This document shows, one piece after another, positions 50,292 through 61,261 of a stretch of 64,000 nt of DNA (its first letter is position 1; every line of letters starts with the position of its first letter). Both the position numbers and the translations under genes were made by a program. The stretch spans positions 608,001-672,000 of the forward strand of contig OY760907.1 in NCBI GenBank assembly GCA_963664195.1. Direction: 5' to 3'. The DNA comes from an uncultured candidate division Zixibacteria bacterium. Its GTDB lineage: Bacteria > Zixibacteria > MSB-5A5 > GN15 > FEB-12. The notes beneath the pieces were generated by a model. It had not been told where the DNA came from, ran no database searches, and saw only the letters and a list, made by a program, of their open reading frames with translations.

Positions 50292-50788
50292 TTCTGTGTC
50301 CTCACTCTTTTCGGTTGCAGCCGATCAACAATGCGGTCATGTAGAGGTAGACGATCTAGCGCTGCCTCGACGCTCTCAATTGCCTCCAGCAAGTCGTTGC
50401 CACCTCCGCGAGCAACCTCCCGTCCGCATCGCTCAAACGCCCGCCAGACAGGCTGGAGCTGTTCCGTGAGCCTCTTCCCCTTCGGCGTCAGTGCCAGCAA
50501 CCGTCGACGGCGGTCCTTATCGTCTTTCCGAGACGTGAGCAGTCCACGGTCGGACAGCTTGTCTGCAATCTCGATGATCGCTGGATGGGTCAATTCTAAC
50601 GTGTCAGCAATTTCCATGACCGCCGACGGTCCCCGTTGGCCAAGCAGATGGAACACCGGGAACCAGCGGATCTCAAAGTGAATGCCCAGCGTGTCGTACA
50701 CCTGCGTCCCTTCACGAGCCAATCGGTCATTGAGTCGTCTCAAACGGCTTCCCAGTGCAAGGTAACCCAAATCAGTCAAATAGCTCAT
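50288..50788 (-). CDS. MarR family transcriptional regulator
   Basis: LGSRLRRL, THPA, DKDRRRRLLALTPKG. Confidence 0.9.
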   Translation of the reverse strand: MSYLTDLGYLALGSRLRRLNDRLAREGTQVYDTLGIHFEIRWFPVFHLLGQRGPSAVMEIADTLELTHPAIIEIADKLSDRGLLTSRKDDKDRRRRLLALTPKGKRLTEQLQPVWRAFERCGREVARGGGNDLLEAIESVEAALDRLPLHDRIVDRLQPKRVRTQK

Positions 50789-50813
50789 AGCGTCTCCTGT
50801 GAGCGAGTCTATC

Positions 50814-50843
50814 TATGTAATCCTTTACGTAACTACTTACGTA
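50814..50843. promoter_or_regulatory. Two overlapping palindromic operators, probably bound by the MarR protein
   Basis: TATGTAA-N4-TTACGTA and TACGTAA-N4-TTACGTA. Confidence 0.7.
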
Positions 50844-50910
50844 TTGTTGCAGAGTGAAGTAAGTTTTCCTTTTGGTTCGTATGCTTGGGACGGAGCAGCA
50901 CTTCCAGTGT

Positions 50911-53189
50911 CTAGCCGGTAGTCTCGCCAAGTACGCTGCTGAGGGCCATTCCCAGATCCTCCACCCTGTACGGTTTGGCCACTTTGGCGCGAAAGCCGTA
51001 CGCCCCCGGGTCGGCCATGACGGGGTCAGTGGAGTAACCGGATGAGACAATGGCCTTGACGCTAGGATCGAGCATCCGAAGATGCTGAAGGGCCTCTTTT
51101 CCCCCCATGCCGCCGGGAATGGTCAGATCCATTATCACTACGTCAAACGATCGTTCACTCTTCATCGCATTTCGGCAGGCCACCAGAGCAGTCTGACCGT
51201 CCGCGACCGCCACGGCCTCATACTCCAGCGACTTCACAATCGCGGTAGCTATGTCTCTGACAGGCTTTTCATCGTCAACGACAAGTACGCGTCCGGAGCC
51301 AGCGGAGAGCGTTCTTCCGGTTCCTGCCACGGTGGGCTCTTGATCGGTCGTGGCCGGCAGATAAATGCGGAACACGGTGCCTATGTCAACCTGTGAGCGT
51401 ACCGAGATGTGACCACCGTGCTGCCTTATAATCGAGTAACAGCTAAACAGCCCCAGTCCGTTTCCTGTGTCCTTGGTAGTAAAGAACGGATCGACAATCT
51501 TGGAGAGATGATCAATCGAGATACCAACGCCTTCGTCGGCAATCGATATCTTGACATAGCCTCCGGGTTTCAGGGGAAGATCGGATTCTCCTTTGACCGT
51601 GCAATTTTCGGCAGCAATGCGAATAGTGCCTCCGTTTGGCATGGCCTGATCCGCATTGATAACGAGATTGTTGATCACCTGGCTGATCTGTCCCGGGTCA
51701 GCCTTGACGTTTGCCAGGTCGTCCGCGATCCGGAACTCACATTTCGCACCGGAACCTCGGCGGGCGAATCCGGCAGAGTCCTTGATGATCCGCTCAATGG
51801 ATGTTGTCTCCAGCATCGGTAGGCCATCCCCGGCAGGTTGCTCATTAAAGTAGACAACTTGCGTTCGCTTTCGAGCAGCGCCGCCTCGGATTTCCGTCGT
51901 TCGGTGACATCGGTTCCGACGCCGACGAAGAGATCAACTTCACCTGACTGCTTGAGAACCGATTGGCCGTTCCATGCCACAAGCAGTTTCTGCCCATCGC
52001 GAGTAATCACATGGCTCTCATCGGAGGCGGGTATCAGACGGTTGCTCAACTGATCGAAAACGGACGAAACCGTGGCTCTGTCTTCGTCGGGGACGAACCG
52101 GGTCAAGTAGTCCGCACCGACAACCTCTTCCCTGCGATATCCGAGTTTTGACAGCATGGCGTCATTCATCATAATCGTCTTGCCGTCTCTATCGATAACC
52201 ACAAAAAACGAGGGCGACGACCGAATGAGCACATTATTGAAATCCCGCTGTCTTTTCAACTCCTCGGTTCTCTGGCGCACCTGCTTCTTGAGGGATCGGT
52301 TCCACAACATGACCGCTACCGCCACTATCAGCATAACACCGAGGCCTGCGAGAGGAAACAGGAGAAGGTGATGCCAGTGCAGTTCGGAATCGGAATCGAG
52401 GTCAATCCAGTTTCGATAGATATCTTTTCTGGTCCCGGCCGGGATTGTCGCCAGTGTCTTGCCGAGAATAGCAGCAAGTTCGGGCCAGTCCTTTCGGCAA
52501 GCCATCCGAAGATCGAACGAGTATTCGGTCTCCCCTGCCGGGCGGAGGTTTGATATGCCTTCGGCATCCATTTAGTAGAGAGCCACTCCGGCGTTGGCGA
52601 CCATCGCATCGGCCATACCGAACGACACCTTACGCAGAGCGGTCCTGACGGTCGGAACAACTTCCAACGCTATCGCCGGATAGTCCTTGCGTATCCGATC
52701 CGTGACAACATAACCTTCGACGCCGCATACGGCCATCCCGTCGAATTCCCCAAGCGTCAATGCACTCTCGACATCCTTGCGAACGATAATTACTATAGGA
52801 GCTTGCAGGTATGTCTTGGTGAAGCACATGTACTCCGCACGCTCAGGTGTTTCCATAATCGCCGGAATCAGGTCTACCCGGCCGGATTTCATCCCGGCAA
52901 GGGTTTCGCTCCAGGGATCCAGAGGTAGATAGGTGAACTCAATCCCCAGTCGCTCTTCGATCAGAGAGAAATAGTCGCCGGTTATTCCGTCGTGCTCGTC
53001 GTCTTCCCCGGCGAATTCATAAGGCGGCCAGTGCCGGTCTATGGCAACTCGAATTACAGGATGACGGTCCAGCCACTGCCGTTCCTCTTCGGTCAGGAAC
53101 GACCTGTCGGCAGCGCCCACAGACACGCAGAGAACAGAGAACAGGCAAATCGCGCTGAGACACCTGTAGATACTTGGGAAACCGTTCAT
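50911..53189 (-). pseudogene. Disrupted hybrid sensor kinase (SBP-TM-PAS...HATPase-REC)
   Basis: In-frame TAA at 52572-52574; frame break near 51815; no HisKA H-box present. Confidence 0.8.
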
Positions 53190-53497
53190 ATCGTTGAAGT
53201 CCCCATCCAATCAGCAACACGTTTGCGGTAGTCGGCTTAACGCAGGACAAACGAAAACGCAATCGCCTTCGTGAGCAACGTCCGAGGACAACTCTATCAA
53301 ATGAAGTGCCTGTGGTGGATCACCCCCGGTGGCCTCGACCCTGTCTCGCCGGCATACCTCGCCACTGGTTCTACTTTAGAAACACGGCGCGACGACAGTC
53401 ATTGCCAGCAAAAACAACAACGGAATCCTGACCAGTCGCATTTGAGAAAGCCTTCCGGTGAGGATATCAGAACCGCTCACGGCGAAGCGGGCAGTCC

Positions 53498-55903
53498 CTA
53501 CTCATACCGCAGTGTCTTTACGGGATCAGCTCTTGCAGCACGGATCGCCTCCCAACCGACCGAAACGAGGGCGACAACCAAGGCCATCCCACCGGCAAGA
53601 AGGAATTCGACAACTCCGATTTCTGTCCGGTAGGCAAAGTCATTCAACCAGCGATCCATGGCGTAGTATGCCACCGGACAGGCAACCAGCTCCGCGATCA
53701 ATACCCAGCGCGCAAACTGACGGGACAGCATCAAGACAATCCCGGCAACGGTAGCGCCGAGCACGCGCCGAATGCCGATCTCCTTTGTGCGCCGTTCCGT
53801 CGTGTAGGATGCCAGGCCGAACAAGCCAAGTCCAGCAACAAAGATCGCAATGACGGTTCCACATGCGAATATCCGGCTCAATCGTTCTTCGCTCTCGTAC
53901 CGGGAGGCAACAACATCGTCGAGAAAACGATACTCCAGGGGGAACTCGGAGTACTTCTTCCAGACATCATTGGCATGCGCAATTGCACCGGCGACCTCGT
54001 TCGGGTCGATCTTCAGCGAGATTGACCGAAGCAGGCCCGTGGACAGACGAAGCGCCATGGGACCAACTTTCTCGTGCATGGAAGCAAAGTGAAAATCCTT
54101 GACCACCCCGATTACCAGACCCGGCTTTTTTGAACTTAGACCAAACTGCTTACCTATCGCGTCATCCCAACCGCAGGCCCTAACGGCCGCCTCGTTCAGC
54201 ACGTATGCCTTGCCCTTGTCTTCCGGGCGGTCAGAAGAGAAGCCACGACCGGCGATGAGTTCCATGCCATAGAAGTCCATGAAGTCGTAATCGACGTCGT
54301 TGTAGTCCAGGTAGAATTGCTCGTCATCCTTCTTGCCTTCCCACCAGCAGCCGCCGGCCCCGCCGCCGGAATTGGTCGGGTACGCGGTCGAGGTCGTCAG
54401 ATTCAGAACTCCGGAATGATTCAGCAGGTCCCTCTGCATGGCCAGAGAACTCCCTTTCAGGCGAAAGTCGTTTATCGGCGCGGCGAGAACATAGTCTGTG
54501 TCAATACCAAGGTCTCTATCATGAACGAACTGCAATTGCTTGTGGACGACCAGCGTGCAGATCACGAGTACAATCGAAATCACGTACTGAATCACGACCA
54601 ACCCGCTTCTCAATAACCTTGAGCCTGTCGATCCCTGCGATGAAAAGACCCGAAAAATGCTGATAGTCTTGAACGATGAAAGAAAAATCGCCGGATAACA
54701 ACCGGATACGATTCCGACAACAATCGCTATTCCCAGCGCAGTCGCTACCGCCTCGACACTGGCATATGCACTCAACTCCAATCGAGTCCCTATTAGAGTA
54801 TTGAAGGCCGGCAGACAGGTTTCGGCAAGTCCGACCGCGAGTATCATTGCTATGACTGAGAGAATAATCGACTCTCCGAGAAACTGCTTAACCAATTGCC
54901 AGCGCCGCGCTCCGAGCACTTTGCGCATACCTACTTCCCGCGCTCTTGCCGCCGATCGAGCGGTTGACAGATTCATGTAATTGAAACCGGCAATGAGCAG
55001 GATCAATAACGCAATCGCCGAGACAAAATAGACGTAACGCACATCGCTGTTCTGTTCCAGTTCCATTTCGGCCTGGCCGTGCAGATGAATGTCGGTCAAC
55101 GGCTGCACTGAGATCGGAATGGCCTGCCCTGCAGGATATTGCCTCTCCACGAAGGCTGCGAGTTTCTTCTCAAACGCCTCGGCATCCACACCCTCGTTCA
55201 GTTTGAGGTAGACCTGACCGGATAACACTCCCCAATCCCCTCCGACGCCAAACATCATGGCGCCGCCACCGCCCGAATCCTCGTGCCAATAGTCCCGTCG
55301 AGTCTCTCGCGATACCAGGTAGTCAAACTTGAGGTGCGAGTTTTCCGGCACATTCTGCATTACACCGGCTACCGTAAGGTCAAACACGGTGCCGAAGTGA
55401 ATAGTCTTGCCGATCGGATCTTGATCACCGAACAGCTTCTTGGCCGTCTCCTCGGTAACAAATGTCGTGTACGGTTCAGCCAGACGTGTCCGGGGATCGC
55501 CCGATACTACGCCGAAACTGAATACATCGAAAAAGTCCGGTTCCACGAAGAACACACGGTCCTCGTGGAAGCTTCTGTCCTCGTATCTGATAAGGGCATG
55601 ATCTTTGCCGATTCGGGCCGCCGCCCGGACCTCCTGGAAGTTCTCGACCATCGCCGCCTGTAGCGGTTTTGCGACCGTGTTGCAGTCGACGAGGCCTTCG
55701 TCCTGCACCTCGAAGACGGAGACAATGCGATATATGCGCTCGGCGCCGTCGTGGAACCGGTCATAGGTTAACTCGTATCTGATCCAGAGTGTAATGAGCA
55801 GGCAACAGGCCATGCCGACTGCAAGTCCCACGATGTTGATAAGCGTGTACGCCTTGTTACGATAGATACTTCGGAGCGCGATTTTCAGATAGCTTTTCAG
55901 CAT
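53498..55903 (-). CDS. ABC transporter permease (double MacB/FtsX type)
   Basis: MLKSYLKIALR, RAREVGMRKVLGA, DPVKTLRYE. Confidence 0.92.
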   Translation of the reverse strand: MLKSYLKIALRSIYRNKAYTLINIVGLAVGMACCLLITLWIRYELTYDRFHDGAERIYRIVSVFEVQDEGLVDCNTVAKPLQAAMVENFQEVRAAARIGKDHALIRYEDRSFHEDRVFFVEPDFFDVFSFGVVSGDPRTRLAEPYTTFVTEETAKKLFGDQDPIGKTIHFGTVFDLTVAGVMQNVPENSHLKFDYLVSRETRRDYWHEDSGGGGAMMFGVGGDWGVLSGQVYLKLNEGVDAEAFEKKLAAFVERQYPAGQAIPISVQPLTDIHLHGQAEMELEQNSDVRYVYFVSAIALLILLIAGFNYMNLSTARSAARAREVGMRKVLGARRWQLVKQFLGESIILSVIAMILAVGLAETCLPAFNTLIGTRLELSAYASVEAVATALGIAIVVGIVSGCYPAIFLSSFKTISIFRVFSSQGSTGSRLLRSGLVVIQYVISIVLVICTLVVHKQLQFVHDRDLGIDTDYVLAAPINDFRLKGSSLAMQRDLLNHSGVLNLTTSTAYPTNSGGGAGGCWWEGKKDDEQFYLDYNDVDYDFMDFYGMELIAGRGFSSDRPEDKGKAYVLNEAAVRACGWDDAIGKQFGLSSKKPGLVIGVVKDFHFASMHEKVGPMALRLSTGLLRSISLKIDPNEVAGAIAHANDVWKKYSEFPLEYRFLDDVVASRYESEERLSRIFACGTVIAIFVAGLGLFGLASYTTERRTKEIGIRRVLGATVAGIVLMLSRQFARWVLIAELVACPVAYYAMDRWLNDFAYRTEIGVVEFLLAGGMALVVALVSVGWEAIRAARADPVKTLRYE

Positions 55904-55909
55904 AGGTGT

Positions 55910-55993
55910 CTACTCAGCGTTGGTTTCTCTGATCCTGCCGTCTCTCAAGTTAGCGATTCGGTTTCCGTAGGTGACGTGAGCAACAGACTGGGT
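55910..55993 (-). pseudogene. C-terminal remnant of a second ABC ATP-binding gene
   Basis: Translates TQSVAHVTYGNRIANLRDGRIRETNAE*, resembling the H-loop tail of the neighbouring ATPase. Confidence 0.6.
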
Positions 55994-56036
55994 CTTGTCG
56001 CGGCATGTGCTTCGCGCCGCAACAACGAAGCATCTC

Positions 56037-56726
56037 CTAAACACGCGCTCTTCCCGCGATATTCTCGGTCACCACGTGACCGTCGAACAGGTGGATCACC
56101 CGCTGGGCATACTCGGCGTAAGCCTGCGAGTGTGTGACCATGACGATGGTAGTACCGGCCTCGTGGAGATCTGTGAGCATCGCCATGACCTCGTCGCCGT
56201 GGGTGGAATCAAGATTACCGGTAGGCTCATCGGCAAGAATCAGTTTCGGTTTTGCAACCACCGCCCGCGCAACAGCTACCCGCTGCTGCTGACCGCCAGA
56301 TAGCTGTTGGGGGAAGTGGTTTTTTCTCGATATGATATTCATCTGATCCATGATTTCGTGGACACGCAGCCTGCGTTGAGCATTCGACGTCCCCAGGTAC
56401 AGGAGCGGGAGTTCGATATTCTCTGCCACGGTCAACTCATCAATCAAGTTGAAGCTCTGAAACACAAAGCCGATATTCGCTTTGCGGAGGTTGGCACGCT
56501 GACGTTCGGTGTACTTGGATACCTCGTGGTCGAGAAAATGGTACTCGCCGTGCGATGGATTGTCGAGCATACCCAACACGTTGAGCAGGGTTGACTTACC
56601 GCAACCGGAAGGTCCCATAATGGCCACAAACTCGCCTGGCTGGACTTCGATATTGACGTTGTTCAGGGCGGTGGTCTCGACCTCTTCAGTGGTGTATCGT
56701 TTCCTGAGATCAACCGTTCGAATCAT
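56037..56726 (-). CDS. ABC transporter ATP-binding protein (MacB/LolD-like)
   Basis: [26 protein letters not shown]. Confidence 0.95.
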   Translation of the reverse strand: MIRTVDLRKRYTTEEVETTALNNVNIEVQPGEFVAIMGPSGCGKSTLLNVLGMLDNPSHGEYHFLDHEVSKYTERQRANLRKANIGFVFQSFNLIDELTVAENIELPLLYLGTSNAQRRLRVHEIMDQMNIISRKNHFPQQLSGGQQQRVAVARAVVAKPKLILADEPTGNLDSTHGDEVMAMLTDLHEAGTTIVMVTHSQAYAEYAQRVIHLFDGHVVTENIAGRARV

Positions 56727-56790
56727 TGCGTATCTCCTGTTTATCTCTGGCAGATGTCTTCTCGAATTATCCTGTCGGCCCGCATAGCCG

Positions 56791-58050
56791 CTATTCGTTC
56801 AGTATCAGCTTATCGTTGTCTCCAAAGTTCTCGTAGGATGAAATAACGACCCGGTCCCCCGGTTCAAGCCCCTCAAGAACTTCAAAGTATTCCGGGTTCT
56901 TGCGTCCGAGGCGGATATCCCGTCTGGTGGCAAATCCGCCGTCCTCGTTGACGACAAAGGCCCAATTACCGCCGGTTGACTGATAGAAACTTCCTCGAGG
57001 CAGCAGCACCGCCTCCGTAAGGTCGTCGAGTTCAAGCCTCACGTGCACGGTCTGGCCACGACGAACTCCTTCGGGGGCTTCCCCTACAAATTCCAGATCA
57101 ACTTCAAACCGCCCGTCTCGGATTTCTGGATATATCTTGGTCACTTCCAATCGGTATGTATTGCCCGTCAGATCGAAGTCCCCCCTCATACCTACATTGA
57201 GGCGTGTGACATAGAGTTCGTCAACATCGGCACGAACTTTGTAGCCGTCGAGGATGTCAATCTGCCCCAGCCGCTGACCGCGCGTTTTCGATTCGCCGAT
57301 TTCGGCGTTAAGCGAGGTCAGGTGACCGGACACCGGCGCTCGAAGGTAAAGATTCTCTTCGTTTTGGCGTACGAATTCGAGATTGGCCTGAATGCGATCC
57401 ACCGACTGCTCAAGCATTTCGATCTGTAGCGACCGGAACACAGAGTCCTGCCGCTGCGTCTCGATTGTCAGATCACGATTCTTGATGAGATAGTTGAACC
57501 GGTCGCGGGACTCCTCAAACTCGTCCTGCGAAATCAACTTCCGCTTCACCAACTCCGCATTGCGGTTGAAAAGACGCTCGGCCGACGTGACCTGATAGTC
57601 AAGCTCAACCAGTTGAGCCTCCAGTCGGAGGCTGTTCTGCTGCATCGCCAGACGAGTATTGCGAAGGTTGTTGCGCTGTTCAAACAGCGAGGCCTCACGA
57701 TTCATGATGTCCAAACGAAGGTTCGTATTGGCCAGATACAGAATCGTGTCCCCCTTCTCGACAAAGCTCCCCGCCTCGCGGACAACTGCCTCTACCCGCC
57801 CACCTTCGACGGCGTCGAGGTAGTAGGTCTTGATCGGCAGCACAGAGCCGAGAAGCGGAATGTAGAATTGAAACGCACCGTTCTCCACAGTCGAAATCTG
57901 CAGGCGACCGGTTTCGACATTCAGCCGAGATGAACTGTCGCTGATGAGAAAGACGTACACAAGCAGACAGACCAGCGCAACAACTCCCCCGATCCGGGTC
58001 AGCCGTTTTCTCGACCATTTGCTCTGTTCTATCTTCCTATCCATCCCCAT
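56791..58050 (-). CDS. Efflux membrane fusion protein (HlyD/RND adaptor)
   Basis: N-terminal TM, GGRVE lipoyl-like half, coiled coil, EVLEGLEPGDRVV. Confidence 0.9.
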   Translation of the reverse strand: MGMDRKIEQSKWSRKRLTRIGGVVALVCLLVYVFLISDSSSRLNVETGRLQISTVENGAFQFYIPLLGSVLPIKTYYLDAVEGGRVEAVVREAGSFVEKGDTILYLANTNLRLDIMNREASLFEQRNNLRNTRLAMQQNSLRLEAQLVELDYQVTSAERLFNRNAELVKRKLISQDEFEESRDRFNYLIKNRDLTIETQRQDSVFRSLQIEMLEQSVDRIQANLEFVRQNEENLYLRAPVSGHLTSLNAEIGESKTRGQRLGQIDILDGYKVRADVDELYVTRLNVGMRGDFDLTGNTYRLEVTKIYPEIRDGRFEVDLEFVGEAPEGVRRGQTVHVRLELDDLTEAVLLPRGSFYQSTGGNWAFVVNEDGGFATRRDIRLGRKNPEYFEVLEGLEPGDRVVISSYENFGDNDKLILNE

Positions 58051-58138
58051 TCTGAGATGTTTGCCTTCCTATTGTTGACCAGGCGCCTGTTCTGCAGTAC
58101 GACCCGATTGGCCCGGGGTTACTTTCGTTTGCACTCTA

Positions 58139-58154
58139 TACAAGAACCGTGCCA
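58139..58154 (-). promoter_or_regulatory. Sigma54 promoter for the MFP-ABC operon
   Basis: TGGCACGGTTCTTGTA on the minus strand. Confidence 0.65.
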
Positions 58155-58207
58155 CGGCCATAGATCGTTATGGAACAGCATGTTAGGGATTGGCAGCGCA
58201 GCGAAAT

Positions 58208-58245
58208 CGTACGATTTCGCAACAAATAGTGTGCGTTTCCGTACA
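58208..58245. promoter_or_regulatory. Probable enhancer sites for the NtrC-family regulator
   Basis: TGTGCG-N4-CGTACA at 58230-58245 and a weaker CGTACG-N4-CGCAAC at 58208. Confidence 0.5.
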
Positions 58246-58310
58246 GCTTGCTATGGACCGACCCGATTTTCCGCAATCCTTGTCAGACAGCAGGGGAGCA
58301 TCAGCATAGC

Positions 58311-59702
58311 ATGACAACCACAGAGATCAGCAGAAAACAGGGCAAGATACTGGTAGTTGATGACAATGAGGACATCCTTCTGGCAGCACGACTCCTGCTT
58401 CGCCCACACGCCGCAACGGTACACACAGAAACAAACCCGAGAAATATCCCGGCCCTGCTTGGCAACGAATCATACGACGTAATCCTACTGGATATGAATT
58501 TCACCCGCGATGTCTCCAGCGGGCAAGAAGGATTCGATTGGTTGCACAGCATTCTTGAAATCGACCCCTCGGCCGTTGTGATACTGGTCACTGCTTACGG
58601 TGATGTAGAAATGGCGGTGCGTGCGGTAAAAGAAGGCGCAACCGATTTTGTGCTGAAACCCTGGCAGAACGAAAAGCTGCTGGCGACCGTTTCGGCAGCC
58701 ATGAATCTTCGGAGGACCAAGCTGGAAGTCAACGGACTTCGTCAGGCACAGCAACAGCTCAGTGCCGATATGGACAAGCAGTACCGCGATTTCGTCGGCG
58801 TTTGCCCCGCCATGCAGGATGTCTTTGACATGATTGAGCGCGTGGCCGGCACCGATGCCAATGTCTTAATCCTCGGCGAGAACGGTACCGGCAAGGAACT
58901 GGTGGCCCGTGCGATTCACCGCCTGTCAAAGCGGTCCGGGAAAGTGTTCATCAGTGTCGATGCCGGCGCGATCAGCGAACCCTTGTTTGAAAGCGAGTTG
59001 TTCGGCCATGTGGCAGGGGCGTATACCGACGCTCGCAAAGATCGAGCGGGTCGGTTTGAAGTTGCTGACGGCGGCACGTTGTTTCTCGACGAGATAGGGA
59101 ATCTTCCGCTGGCGTTGCAGGCCAAGCTGTTGACCGTACTCGAACGTCGGCAGGTAATCAGGCTCGGAAGCAACAAGCCGCGCGAAATTGATATCCGGCT
59201 GGTGTGCGCCACGAACCGAAGTCTGCCTACAATGATTGTGCAGGGCAGTTTCCGGCAGGATTTCCTCTATAGGATCAACACAGTAGAAATACAGCTTCCA
59301 CCGCTCCGAGAGCGGCAGGACGATATCCTGTTGTTGTCCGAACACTTCCTTTTCAAACATTGTCAGAAGTATGGAAAACAAACCATGCGGCTCGGTGCCA
59401 CCGCCCGTCAGTTGTTTGAACGCTATTCCTGGCCGGGAAACGTTCGTGAATTGCAGCACGCACTTGAACGAGCGGTGATCATGAGCACAGAATCCACGCT
59501 CCGGGCGGAGGATTTCAGCTTCTCCCCTGCGTCGCCCTCAAATACAGCCCTGCAGCTCGATGAGTACAATCTCGGCCGGGTTGAGAAGCTGGTTATTCTC
59601 AAGGCGATAGACAAACATAAAGGCAATATCAGTCACACGGCGAGTGAACTTGGTCTGACTCGAACCTCGTTGTATCGGCGAATGCGGAAACATGGGCTTT
59701 AA
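58311..59702 (+). CDS. Sigma54-dependent response regulator (REC-AAA+-HTH)
   Basis: GENGTGKE, ELFGH..GAYTDA, FLDEIG, WPGNVREL. Confidence 0.93.
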   Translation: MTTTEISRKQGKILVVDDNEDILLAARLLLRPHAATVHTETNPRNIPALLGNESYDVILLDMNFTRDVSSGQEGFDWLHSILEIDPSAVVILVTAYGDVEMAVRAVKEGATDFVLKPWQNEKLLATVSAAMNLRRTKLEVNGLRQAQQQLSADMDKQYRDFVGVCPAMQDVFDMIERVAGTDANVLILGENGTGKELVARAIHRLSKRSGKVFISVDAGAISEPLFESELFGHVAGAYTDARKDRAGRFEVADGGTLFLDEIGNLPLALQAKLLTVLERRQVIRLGSNKPREIDIRLVCATNRSLPTMIVQGSFRQDFLYRINTVEIQLPPLRERQDDILLLSEHFLFKHCQKYGKQTMRLGATARQLFERYSWPGNVRELQHALERAVIMSTESTLRAEDFSFSPASPSNTALQLDEYNLGRVEKLVILKAIDKHKGNISHTASELGLTRTSLYRRMRKHGL

Positions 59703-61047
59703 GCACTTTCGCCTTCATTGCGCTGTCCGAACCCTGATGCTGGTCGCCGTCATCACTCTGTTCGTCTTCCTGCTGACACAAACCAGCCTGTACGCAAGCA
59801 CGTGTGTGGTCGGATTCATTATCCTGTTCCAGATATGGGAGTTGATCCGGTATGTCGACCGCTCCAATCGCGATCTCGCAAGGTTCCTGATGGCCGTCCG
59901 CCACGCCGATTTCGACCAAACCTTTCCCGATGATGGCCGAGGGGAATCGTTTCGCACTCTGCGCAACACGTTTAATGCGATACTCGAGGAAATTCACCAG
60001 AACCGCCGCGAGAAACACGAACACTTCCGGTACCTCCAGACGGTCGTGCAGCATGTCGGAATCGGCCTGATCGGCGTTCAACCGGACGGCAGCATAGACC
60101 TTCTCAACACCGCTGCAAAGAAGTTGCTGAGAGTAGCCCATCTCCGATCCCTCGCTGACCTCCCCGACGAATGCAAAGACCTCGTCTCCAACATCGAGTC
60201 ATTGCGGCCGGGCGACAAGGGGTTGGTCAAACTCACTCGTCAGGACGAGACCGTTCAACTTGCGCTCTCAGCGACCGGGTTGAAGCTGCGTGATCAAAGC
60301 ATCAAGCTGGTCTCCCTGCAAAACATCACAAGCGAACTCGCCGAACGTGAGATGGAAGCCTGGCAGCAACTGGTGCGAGTGCTGACACATGAGATCATGA
60401 ACTCGGTAACGCCCATCAGCTCCCTTTCAGCAACCGTCCGCACAATGCTGGGACCGTCGAGGAACGAGCCAATTCAGGAGACATCAATTGACGGTGATAC
60501 GCTACGCGATGTCAGAGCAGCCGTGGACACGATCGAGAAACGAAGTGTCGGGTTGATGCACTTCGTGGAGGCCTACCGCGATCTCTCCCGCATCCCGGCG
60601 CCCGATTTCCAGATTTTCCCGGTGGGCGATCTTTTCTGCCGCGTGGCACAACTGGCACGAGCGCGCAAGGATTCTCGGGGATTGACCGTGACGACAGAAG
60701 TGATCCCACCGGGCCTCGAACTCACCGCCGATCCGGAATTGATAGAACAGGTCCTGCTCAATCTCGTCATCAACGCCGTCCAGGCCCTCAAGGATATCGA
60801 GAACGGCAAGGTGAAACTGGCCGCTTCGCTAAATGATCTAGGACGAGTGGTCGTGAGAGTAATCGACAACGGTCCCGGAGTCGATCCGCAGGCGCTCGAC
60901 AGATTGTTTGTTCCGTTTTTTTCTACCAAACCCGGCGGGACCGGAATAGGGCTGAGTCTTTCCCGTCAAATAATGCGTATACACAGGGGCGAAATCTCCG
61001 TATCGTCAGAACCCAACGTCCATACCTCGTTTTCTCTCCGCTTTTAG
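59692..61047 (+). CDS. Sensor histidine kinase (NtrY-like)
   Basis: LTHEIMNS, NLVINA, DNGPG, GTGIGL. Confidence 0.92.
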   Translation: MGFKHFRLHCAVRTLMLVAVITLFVFLLTQTSLYASTCVVGFIILFQIWELIRYVDRSNRDLARFLMAVRHADFDQTFPDDGRGESFRTLRNTFNAILEEIHQNRREKHEHFRYLQTVVQHVGIGLIGVQPDGSIDLLNTAAKKLLRVAHLRSLADLPDECKDLVSNIESLRPGDKGLVKLTRQDETVQLALSATGLKLRDQSIKLVSLQNITSELAEREMEAWQQLVRVLTHEIMNSVTPISSLSATVRTMLGPSRNEPIQETSIDGDTLRDVRAAVDTIEKRSVGLMHFVEAYRDLSRIPAPDFQIFPVGDLFCRVAQLARARKDSRGLTVTTEVIPPGLELTADPELIEQVLLNLVINAVQALKDIENGKVKLAASLNDLGRVVVRVIDNGPGVDPQALDRLFVPFFSTKPGGTGIGLSLSRQIMRIHRGEISVSSEPNVHTSFSLRF

Positions 61048-61261
61048 TCTACCCCCACTAACCAGTTGTGTCTCTTTCACATACCAGCAAGTATGGCGAC
61101 TGCGCAAGTTTTCAACAGTTTCCCATACCGGTGTTTGGAAACTGGAGTCATTGTCTCCGGAACAGTCAGATTACCTACAATCCGTCCGAAATAGCGTAGT
61201 AACCTCATTGGGCAAGAAATTTGAGCATACGGATCTATACAGTAAAAGGAAGGGACTACAA

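Noticed and set aside
52572..52574. Recoded stop (Sec/Pyl) in the sensor kinase
   Set aside because: The codon is TAA and the gene has a second independent lesion
33730..56000. Integron cassette array
   Set aside because: Genes lie on both strands with their own promoters; no recurring attC sites or intI
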